64,000 nucleotides of DNA from the IMG/VR virus record IMGVR_UViG_3300047476_000704, positions 32,001-96,000 of that record; one strand, 5' to 3'. The DNA is from a virus. Position numbers and translations under genes: made by a program. Every line of letters begins with the position of its first letter. Position 1 is the stretch's first letter. Of the stretch, positions 9,743 through 16,204 are shown one piece after another. The notes beneath the pieces are model-generated. The model made no database searches, was not told the origin of the DNA, and was given only the letters and a program-made list of their open reading frames with translations.

Positions 9743-9818
9743 TGGTGACTCCATCAGGACTCGAACCTGAAACCTACGCATTAGAAGTGCGTTGCTCTAT
9801 CCATTGAGCTATGGAGCC
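9743..9818 (-). tRNA. trnR: tRNA-Arg(TCT)
   Basis: Loop CTTCTAA; CCA encoded. Confidence 0.95.
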
Positions 9819-9823
9819 ATATG

Positions 9824-9909
9824 AGGAGGGTGTGAGATTCGAACTCACGGTCCTGTTACAGACTCCGGTTTTCAAGACCGGTGCAATAGACCAACTCTGC
9901 CAACCCTCC
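9824..9909 (-). tRNA. trnS: tRNA-Ser(TGA)
   Basis: Loop CTTGAAA; long variable arm. Confidence 0.93.
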
Positions 9910-9919
9910 TTTTATTATA

Positions 9920-10474
9920 TTACTCTTCGTTTAATTTCAAATCTTCAATAACTTCTTTATGGATTCGTCTTTCCTCTTCCATTAGTTCTTCTAACATTGC
10001 ATAAACTTCATCTCGATAATCATCATCTCCATAGAATTTATTTGCATCAATATCTTCATCTAAATATTCTTCCGAACCATATTCCGATGAATAATATGCT
10101 ATACCCATTGGGTCACAACTTTCGTCCTGAAATGTATTCTCAATTACAACATCCTCTTTGATACATATAAGTTTAGAACATAATTGTTTAAGTAATGGAT
10201 TTACTGCATCCCATGCTGATGTTAGATTGATTGAAATTTCAGTATCCCATTCTCCCTCAATTTGTCCATATACCCATTTAGCACCAACATTATCATTTAC
10301 CCAACCTCTATCATAATCCTCATCTGTCCAATTCATATCATATACACCATTAATTATATCAATTGTATGTGTATCTCCAATTTCATCCTGCACCGAAAAG
10401 ATTCTTTTCAACTCATCAATAACTGCTTGGTTACAATTTTTAACTCTAACCATATTATCTACGTGATTTGCCAT
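9920..10474 (-). CDS. Acidic hypothetical protein (possibly DUF1281/YubB-like)
   Basis: WVNDNVGAKW motif; inserted in the tRNA array. Confidence 0.6.
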   Translation of the reverse strand: MANHVDNMVRVKNCNQAVIDELKRIFSVQDEIGDTHTIDIINGVYDMNWTDEDYDRGWVNDNVGAKWVYGQIEGEWDTEISINLTSAWDAVNPLLKQLCSKLICIKEDVVIENTFQDESCDPMGIAYYSSEYGSEEYLDEDIDANKFYGDDDYRDEVYAMLEELMEEERRIHKEVIEDLKLNEE

Positions 10475-10827
10475 TAGATTTCTTCGGTTTTAGTTTGTGT
10501 TGAATCAGATTTTAATTTAATTTCGGGATATTTTTGGCGAATTTCAACCGAATCTTCAACTGCCCACTTTTGTTTAAGTTTAGCTCTTTTTTCAATATTC
10601 TTCAATTGTTCTTTCTTCTTTTGAATATCTTTTGTTAGTTTTTCAATACGAACATATTTACTTGCATAATCTTCATCGGTGGCATCAATCCACTCAATTT
10701 TTCTTTTAGATTCTTTGATTTCTGCTTTCAAACTTTCAACCAATGGTGCCTCATCACTAAACTTCGGGTCAATAGTTCCACCCAATGTGTTTAGTAAAAG
10801 CATGATAGACATTCCCAATTCTTTCAT
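10474..10827 (-). CDS. Hypothetical coiled-coil protein
   Basis: ORF downstream of a sigma-A promoter. Confidence 0.65.
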   Translation of the reverse strand: MKELGMSIMLLLNTLGGTIDPKFSDEAPLVESLKAEIKESKRKIEWIDATDEDYASKYVRIEKLTKDIQKKKEQLKNIEKRAKLKQKWAVEDSVEIRQKYPEIKLKSDSTQTKTEEI

Positions 10828-10842
10828 ATGAATTATTTTTTA

Positions 10843-10874
10843 CAAATATAAGATATTTTTTTATTATATCCTAA
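10843..10874 (-). promoter_or_regulatory. Bacteroidota sigma-A promoter
   Basis: TTAG-N20-TATATTTG. Confidence 0.7.
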
Positions 10875-10890
10875 TTTTATTTAACTTTTG

Positions 10891-10961
10891 TTACCCGAGC
10901 TGGATTCGAACCAACCCTAACTGCACCAAAAACAGTTGTGCTACCGCTACACCATCGAGCA
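10891..10961 (-). tRNA. trnQ: tRNA-Gln(TTG)
   Basis: Loop TTTTGGT; cloverleaf. Confidence 0.9.
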
Positions 10962-10966
10962 ATTCG

Positions 10967-11040
10967 CAGTTCGTACGGGATTCGAACCCGTGGTCTCCAC
11001 AGTGACAGTGTGGGATGTTGGGCCTCTACACCAACGAACT
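10967..11040 (-). tRNA. trnD: tRNA-Asp(GTC)
   Basis: Loop CTGTCAC; G73. Confidence 0.95.
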
Positions 11041-11112
11041 AAATGTGATTACTGATTTGACTCATTTCGAACTTTCGGGGCTCGTATCATTCAATTTCAG
11101 TAATCAATAATT

Positions 11113-11298
11113 AAAACAAACTTTTTGTACCCGATGTACATCATAACCAATTCGCATTGGTGGTTACATTTTCGCATTTGGGTTAATTACTCCCGACTTA
11201 TAGTAACTCTCTCCTGACCTGTATGACTATTCCGGCTTCAACAGTACCCTTTTGGATTTTATATACCGAGGGGTTACACCTCAGTCTTCGTTTGTTTT
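11113..11298 (-). ncRNA. Candidate structured ncRNA
   Basis: 9-bp closing stem, CCAAT-GCGA-ATTGG and TGTAC/GTACA hairpins; no ORF. Confidence 0.45.
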
Positions 11299-11299
11299 G

Positions 11300-11372
11300 A
11301 GCTTCCAGTCGGAATCGAACCAACAACCTCTCGATTACAAATCGAAGGCTCTACCAGTTGAGCTATGGAAGC
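11300..11372 (-). tRNA. trnT: tRNA-Thr(TGT)
   Basis: Loop TTTGTAA. Confidence 0.93.
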
Positions 11373-11782
11373 GTATTATTTCTTTTTTGCAAAGCTATTT
11401 TAGAACCTTTTATACCACCTTCTAACATTCTAGCATAACCTTCTTCTGATATATTTTTTAAACCAAAAGTTGGAGTTTGTGAATGACAATTAGGACACAT
11501 TATTTTTAGGTTTTCATGTCTATTATCTCTTCTATTTCCATTTATATGGTCAATCTGAAATGTTATTGGTTTTCCATTATATTCGGTAATACCACATTCT
11601 TCACATCTTTCACCTCTTATCTTTTTAAGATGAATACCCATACCTTTACTCCAATTAGTATCTAATTGAAACTTTGTTTTAATTCTATCGGCTGCTGAAC
11701 AATCCCACCCACAATACAATCCTTTTGATTGAGATGGCATATATGTTATTTCTTTTCCACAATTTTTACAATTTGATTTCAT
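11363..11782 (-). CDS. HNH homing endonuclease-like protein
   Basis: CEECG...IDHINGNRRDNRHENLKIMCPNCH; stop codon lies inside tRNA-Thr. Confidence 0.85.
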   Translation of the reverse strand: MKSNCKNCGKEITYMPSQSKGLYCGWDCSAADRIKTKFQLDTNWSKGMGIHLKKIRGERCEECGITEYNGKPITFQIDHINGNRRDNRHENLKIMCPNCHSQTPTFGLKNISEEGYARMLEGGIKGSKIALQKRNNTLP

Positions 11783-11796
11783 AGTATTTTCTTTAC

Positions 11797-11804
11797 TATA
11801 AATA
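11797..11804 (-). promoter_or_regulatory. Putative late-promoter motif TATTTATA
   Basis: 15 nt upstream of the HNH start. Confidence 0.55.
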
Positions 11805-11843
11805 TTAGGTTACTAAAAAAAAGTAAAGTAACCTAACCAAATG

Positions 11844-11917
11844 TACTCCGGACGGGACTCGAACCCGTAAGCTTCCACGTGAAAGGCGGATGTCCTAACC
11901 AATTAGACGACCGGAGC
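11844..11917 (-). tRNA. trnE: tRNA-Glu(TTC)
   Basis: Loop CTTTCAC. Confidence 0.94.
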
Positions 11918-11922
11918 ATTTA

Positions 11923-11954
11923 CAAATATAACTATTTTATTTTTTAATTCCAAA
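11923..11954 (-). promoter_or_regulatory. Bacteroidota sigma-A promoter
   Basis: TTTG-N20-TATATTTG directly upstream of tRNA-Glu. Confidence 0.8.
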
Positions 11955-11971
11955 CTTTTATGGAATTATTT

Positions 11972-12054
11972 TGGTGGGGGCAGAAAGACTCGAACTTCCG
12001 AACCCGAAGGAGAGCATTTACAGTGCCCCGCAATTGCCGCTATGCGATACCCCC
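11972..12054 (-). tRNA. trnY: tRNA-Tyr(GTA)
   Basis: Loop CTGTAAA; variable arm; CCA encoded. Confidence 0.95.
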
Positions 12055-12152
12055 AATTTAGTCTTTTCCTTACCTCTTAATAACCACATTGCCAGTCCGA
12101 TGTTACTATCGGATGCTTACCAAAATCATACTTTGGAGCGATTACTACATTG

Positions 12153-12224
12153 AGCAGGTAGTCAGATTCGAACTGACGTCTCCGGTTTGGAAGACCAGAG
12201 CACTAACCACTGTGCTATACCTGC
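12153..12224 (-). tRNA. trnG: tRNA-Gly(TCC), canonical
   Basis: Loop CTTCCAA; U73. Confidence 0.93.
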
Positions 12225-12229
12225 AAATT

Positions 12230-12450
12230 TCCCCACTTGAGATTCCAGATGAGTAGATATTTATAGTTTTTCCTTTCAAAAACCCAATGCATCTTACTGC
12301 TTAAAAAGTCAACACTACGGGGAGGAGCCGTGTCCCCACTCCTTTATTCCCACGAGAACGGCGTTTTATTAGTTAGGATGTCCGCTCCATTACCCTATCC
12401 ATTGTTAAATGAGTCTTGGATTAAAGACTACCGAGTATCTCTTACTCGTT
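12230..12450 (-). ncRNA. Candidate structured ncRNA with possible pseudoknot
   Basis: CGAGTA/TACTCG, AGTCTT/AAGACT and GTTTTT/AAAAAC hairpins; crossed GGAG/CTCC and GGGGA/TCCCC stems. Confidence 0.45.
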
Positions 12451-12451
12451 G

Positions 12452-12525
12452 TGGACCAGGTAGGAATCGAACCTACTACCTTCACATTATGAGTGTGCCG
12501 CTCTAACCGAGTGAGCTACAAGTCC
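12452..12525 (-). tRNA. tRNA with CAT anticodon (Ile2 or elongator Met)
   Basis: Loop CTCATAA; G1:C72; identity not resolvable by eye. Confidence 0.85.
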
Positions 12526-12579
12526 ATATCGTTTAATCTAACGATAAAATCTAATATCGTTTCTTTCAACGATAAATAA

Positions 12580-12689
12580 GGTGCCGGAGGAGAGATTGGT
12601 TACTCTCACGATGCCCTTCTCGGTTACACCACCACTCTAGAATAGGTACGTCTAATGGTTGTACTTCCCATTTGTTCCGCCACTCCGGC
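12580..12689 (-). ncRNA. Remodelled tRNA-Leu-like RNA (110 nt)
   Basis: Acceptor GCCGGAG/CTCCGGC + ACC; Leu-type D-arm with hairpin insert; disrupted anticodon stem; T-loop TAACCAAT. Confidence 0.6.
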
Positions 12690-12699
12690 ATATTTCTTT

Positions 12700-12776
12700 T
12701 GGTGGAGAAAGTGGGATTCGAACCCACGACCTCTTGAATGCAAATCAAGCGTTCTAGCCAACTGAACTAAATCCCC
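12700..12776 (-). tRNA. trnA: tRNA-Ala(TGC)
   Basis: G3:U70; loop TTTGCAT; CCA encoded. Confidence 0.93.
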
Positions 12777-12780
12777 ATTA

Positions 12781-12884
12781 TGTAACGGCTGTGCGGTTTG
12801 TGTCTCATTCACTCCTTTATACGAGCTTCAAAAGTTTCCATTTCATACCTAGCGTCTGTTCCGCCATTCTTTCGAATCGTTACA
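12781..12884 (-). ncRNA. tRNA-derived RNA (104 nt)
   Basis: 7-bp closing stem TGTAACG/CGTTACA; ATTC-GAAA-GAAT hairpin; Leu-type TGGCGGAACAGACGC; no TTC loop. Confidence 0.45.
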
Positions 12885-12887
12885 TTG

Positions 12888-12971
12888 TACTTCGGACTGG
12901 AATCGAACCAGCACTCTCTTACGAAAACAAGATTTTAAGTCTTGCGGGTCTACCTATTCCCCCACCGAAGC
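12888..12971 (-). tRNA. trnL: tRNA-Leu(TAA)
   Basis: Loop CTTAAAA; variable arm. Confidence 0.94.
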
Positions 12972-12978
12972 AACTTTA

Positions 12979-13010
12979 CAAATATACGAAACTTTTTTCA
13001 TATATCCAAA
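12979..13010 (-). promoter_or_regulatory. Bacteroidota sigma-A promoter
   Basis: TTTG-N20-TATATTTG upstream of tRNA-Leu(TAA). Confidence 0.85.
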
Positions 13011-13033
13011 TGATTTCAACAAAAAGTTTAATG

Positions 13034-13103
13034 TTGCGTGTGTGGGGTTCGAACCCACTTGACTTTCCTTATGAGAGATAGCTCTTTTCCACCAAGCCAC
13101 GCA
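13034..13103 (-). tRNA. Degenerate tRNA-Met(CAT)
   Basis: Good T-arm and loop CTCATAA; weak D-arm; mismatched anticodon stem. Confidence 0.6.
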
Positions 13104-13106
13104 ATA

Positions 13107-13183
13107 TGGGGTGTTTAATGGGATTCGAACCCATACTATCAGTACCACAAACTGATGTGCTAACCATTAACACCATAAACAAC
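13107..13183 (-). tRNA. trnH: tRNA-His(GTG)
   Basis: G-1:C73; loop TTGTGGT; CCA encoded. Confidence 0.94.
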
Positions 13184-13184
13184 G

Positions 13185-13256
13185 AGGTGAATATTGGATT
13201 CGAACCAATGTAAAAGGTTTTGCAGACCTCCACCTTACCAACTCGGTCAATTCACC
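13185..13256 (-). tRNA. trnC: tRNA-Cys(GCA)
   Basis: Loop CTGCAAA; U73. Confidence 0.94.
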
Positions 13257-13262
13257 ATTATG

Positions 13263-13334
13263 TAGTTCCATAGAGACTCGAACTCCAACTTTGACATCCG
13301 TAGTGTCAGGTGCTATCCATTACACCATAGAACC
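13263..13334 (-). tRNA. trnR: tRNA-Arg(ACG)
   Basis: Loop CTACGGA. Confidence 0.94.
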
Positions 13335-13338
13335 ATTG

Positions 13339-13409
13339 CACGTCCTGAAAGATTCGAACTTTCATCTGCGGTTTTGGAGACCGATATGCTACCATTGCAC
13401 CAAAGACAT
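13339..13409 (-). tRNA. trnW: tRNA-Trp(CCA)
   Basis: Loop CTCCAAA; G73. Confidence 0.92.
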
Positions 13410-13441
13410 GTATTTTATTTCCAAAGTAAAAAATTACCTTC

Positions 13442-13477
13442 AAAAAATTTTTCCAACTTCACCCAAAAGTTGAAAAA
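13442..13477 (-). terminator. Terminator-like hairpin inside the tRNA array
   Basis: TCAACTT/AAGTTGG stem with flanking T/A pairs followed by T6. Confidence 0.45.
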
Positions 13478-13480
13478 GTG

Positions 13481-13554
13481 TAGAGAAAATAGGACTCGAA
13501 CCTATAACCTTCTGCGTATCAGGCAAATGCTCTAACCAATTGAGCTATATCTCT
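13481..13554 (-). tRNA. trnI: tRNA-Ile(GAT)
   Basis: Loop CTGATAC. Confidence 0.93.
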
Positions 13555-13560
13555 ATTCGG

Positions 13561-13633
13561 TAGGGTAAGCAGGACTCGAACCTACAACCTCACGCACCCA
13601 AAACGTGTAATCTAGCCATTGATATACTACCCT
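13561..13633 (-). tRNA. trnP: tRNA-Pro(TGG)
   Basis: Loop TTTGGGT. Confidence 0.92.
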
Positions 13634-13639
13634 ATATTG

Positions 13640-13712
13640 TGAACCCGTTGGGAATCGAACCCAAAACCCCTACATTAAAAGTGTAGTGCTCTACCAATTG
13701 AGCTACGAGTTC
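13640..13712 (-). tRNA. trnK: tRNA-Lys(TTT)
   Basis: Loop CTTTTAA. Confidence 0.95.
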
Positions 13713-13714
13713 GT

Positions 13715-13791
13715 TGGTGGAGCAGACAGGTATCGAACCTGTTCCTCTGGATTTTCAGTCCAGCGCAATGCACCTCATCTGCCACTACTCC
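13715..13791 (-). tRNA. trnF: tRNA-Phe(GAA)
   Basis: Loop CTGAAAA; CCA encoded. Confidence 0.93.
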
Positions 13792-13831
13792 TTCTAATCC
13801 GATTTTGATTTGTAGCATCGGGAACTACCTG

Positions 13832-13905
13832 TGTCCATAGTAGGATTCGAACCTACACAATCTGGTTTCTAAAACCAACACGGTTGCCAATTACGTCATA
13901 CGGAC
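13832..13905 (-). tRNA. trnL: tRNA-Leu(TAG) with short variable loop
   Basis: Loop TTTAGAA; only 5 nt variable region. Confidence 0.85.
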
Positions 13906-13913
13906 ATTTATTG

Positions 13914-13986
13914 TAGTGAGTGAGGGACTCGAACCCCCAACATCCGCCATGTAAAGACGGCGCTCTACCAATTGAGCTAACCCACT
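13914..13986 (-). tRNA. trnV: tRNA-Val(TAC)
   Basis: Loop TTTACAT. Confidence 0.94.
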
Positions 13987-13997
13987 GTTTCACCATT

Positions 13998-14010
13998 ATG
14001 TCAAAGAACT
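13998..14010 (-). promoter_or_regulatory. rrn-type boxA antitermination element
   Basis: AGTTCTTTGACAT between tRNA-Asn and tRNA-Val. Confidence 0.65.
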
Positions 14011-14018
14011 TATTCTTG

Positions 14019-14090
14019 CGTTGATGGTAGGATTCGAACCTACGACCAATAGATTAACAGTCTACTGCGCTACCACTGCGCCACATCAAC
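14019..14090 (-). tRNA. trnN: tRNA-Asn(GTT)
   Basis: Loop CTGTTAA; G73. Confidence 0.95.
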
Positions 14091-14104
14091 TTATTTTTAA
14101 TCAT

Positions 14105-14136
14105 AAAAAAACCCCTAACTTTTTGAGTCAGGGGTT
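14105..14136 (-). terminator. Intrinsic terminator (attenuator) in front of the tRNA array
   Basis: AACCCCTGACT-CAAAA-AGTTAGGGGTT followed by TTTTT; ends 15 nt before tRNA-Asn. Confidence 0.85.
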
Positions 14137-14163
14137 GTTTTAATTTAAGTATGTAGTTTGGTC

Positions 14164-14307
14164 TTATCCCAAGTCTACATCGTTTAATATTGTTGCCCCT
14201 AACTGATTTTCAATTCCTTTCGAACTAAAATCACACACGCGATTGCCTGCCCACATCAAATTTGATGTCGGTTGATAAGCTATCGTATGCAGGTTAAGAG
14301 TTTTCAT
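14164..14307 (-). CDS. Putative attenuator leader peptide (47 aa, all 20 amino acids)
   Basis: MKTLNLHTIAYQPTSNLMWAGNRVCDFSSKGIENQLGATILNDVDLG*; below track length cut-off; contains the antiterminator segment. Confidence 0.7.
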   Translation of the reverse strand: MKTLNLHTIAYQPTSNLMWAGNRVCDFSSKGIENQLGATILNDVDLG

Positions 14308-14350
14308 TTTCTTTTTTCTTTTAATATATATAAGTTTTTTTTATTTTAAG

Positions 14351-14911
14351 TTAAAAATCGTAATATCCTTTTACTTTTGTTATATTACAATCGCTATTCC
14401 AAGATATAATTGTTTTTACTACATCACTATCAACTCTAGGTGCTCTATGTAGAATAAAACTTGGGAATGTTAGAACATCTCCTTCTTTCACATCCATCTC
14501 AATTATTTCATCCTGATTTATTGGATTTAATAATTGTGTTTTTGGAGAACCTTCTGGTAAATCTAAATAATAAACATTAGTCCATTGGCATCCTAAATGA
14601 ACATGCCAACCATGTTCCGAACCTTTGTTGTATTGTTGAAACCAAATATTTCTTATTTTAATTTCATCATACCCAAGCTCATCAAATCTATGTTGTAATA
14701 GATTAGTTATTGGTTGCATTACTGGCTTCAAATAAAGCCGTTCAACTTCCCTACTTACATCCCAATCTGTTCTACTTATATCAGTATAATCATTTGGAAA
14801 TGTATATCTTGTAGATTCACATTCATTTATTAATTTCAATACCTCATCCTTTATTATTTCATGCTCTGGTAATTTGGAGATGATATATGGACATTGTATT
14901 GATTTAATCAT
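14351..14911 (-). CDS. 2OG-Fe(II) oxygenase-like protein
   Basis: WFQQY...HGWHVH...VYYL...FPSFILHR double-stranded beta-helix motifs. Confidence 0.75.
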   Translation of the reverse strand: MIKSIQCPYIISKLPEHEIIKDEVLKLINECESTRYTFPNDYTDISRTDWDVSREVERLYLKPVMQPITNLLQHRFDELGYDEIKIRNIWFQQYNKGSEHGWHVHLGCQWTNVYYLDLPEGSPKTQLLNPINQDEIIEMDVKEGDVLTFPSFILHRAPRVDSDVVKTIISWNSDCNITKVKGYYDF

Positions 14912-14922
14912 AATCTAATTTT

Positions 14923-14995
14923 TGGAGCGGAGGGATGGAATCGAACCACCTCATTGTACTGGAATGTACACATGCTACCGGAACACTTCCTCCGC
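14923..14995 (-). tRNA. Atypical tRNA-Gly(TCC) with 6-nt anticodon loop
   Basis: TGTAC-ATTCCA-GTACA; G1:C72, C2:G71, U73, CCA encoded. Confidence 0.8.
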
Positions 14996-15204
14996 TTATA
15001 ATTTAGAAAGATTTGTGGGGTGGCTCTTTCTAGTGGAACTAGCTACATTCCGTTTTTACCATTCAACTTTTATTCGTATCGTTGAAGTTATTTTATAGGT
15101 TAAACTCCCCACCTAAAAACTTGGTATTACTTTTTAATCTGATTTGTGGTTAAAGTGTAAAATCAATCTCGTTACCTTCACGCCTATTGAAAACCACTAC
15201 GAAG

Positions 15205-15275
15205 AGCGAAACAAAGGAATTGAACCCCCTCCTTCGACCTGGACGGCCGATGTGCTACCATTACACCAATCTCGC
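15205..15275 (-). tRNA. Atypical tRNA-Gly(TCC) with G33 and three G:U pairs in the T-stem
   Basis: Loop CGTCCAG; T-stem GGGGG/CCTTT; G1:C72, C2:G71, U73. Confidence 0.75.
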
Positions 15276-15282
15276 TTATATT

Positions 15283-16200
15283 ATTACGGATGAGAATACT
15301 CACGTAAACGAACCAGCTTTTGTTGGATTATTGTTTCCCAACTTTTCCACTATCTTTTGGATAGTACCGATTCAATGCGGGTTAGTTAAGCCAACCACTC
15401 ATAAAGTTACAAACTACTCTCTCTTTACTCCGCTTCTTCTACTCTGCCGAACAGATTCACACTTGCGGTGTTAGAAGTTTTTCGAAAGAATCACAGACCT
15501 CTTGCGGAGGTATCGTGGCAGGGAACATCTCCCTACTATGTACGCACCTTTCGTTTGCAACTGGCGAACACTTTTGCTCTTTTTGTTTAAGATTTGCGTC
15601 AAATGCAAAATGAGTTTGGTTTGTAGATGGTTTCAAGTAGTGGTTCACCAACCTGCTCCGTTATCTTTTGAACAACAGAATACTGAACTACTCGATGTGT
15701 TATCCCTAACACCATACTTTAAGTCTGCTTCATAACTCCTACCTTGGTAGGTGAAGAGTAAGGATAATAACGACACCACTCGTACTTTATCTTACCTTTC
15801 GGTTTTAAGCAAACTCTAATATTGAATCACGCAATTGTTGAAAGGGATTAAGTTTCAGTTTCTCGCAATAACTCTATGGATTATTCTTATTGGTGTTCCC
15901 ACCTCAACTGAACTATCTACTTTAGCCCAGTCATTTCACCACCCTCTTTACAGTGTTACCCTCAATACTAAAGGTGAAATGATATTCCACTTGCCTACTC
16001 AAGCTCCTTTCGAAGCCGCAAATCACTTAAACCAAATGATTCACTTTATCCTACTTTCGTAGTTTATTTCACGACCATAGGCGGCCGATGTACACTATGT
16101 AGAACTAGTCTACTATGTGCTAATGCTTTTAATAATAATTGAAATGTTGTACATTTTACGGGCGTCTTATTTACAATTAGTCTACTATCCCACAATTATT
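15283..16200 (-). ncRNA. Giant structured ncRNA, GOLLD-like (about 900 nt)
   Basis: No credible ORF; many GNRA-capped hairpins on the minus strand; 10-bp TCATTTCACC/GGTGAAATGA helix; own promoter and boxA; among tRNAs; ends approximate. Confidence 0.65.
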
Positions 16201-16204
16201 ATAT

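Noticed and set aside
12580-12689. Amber suppressor tRNA (CTA) and stop-codon recoding
   Set aside because: The CTA register leaves two mismatches in the anticodon stem and the T-loop is non-canonical. All conserved genes are full length in the standard code, so there is no sign of recoding.
11971-13473. Short track ORFs over the tRNA array
   Set aside because: They coincide with tRNA cloverleaves and have no protein motifs.
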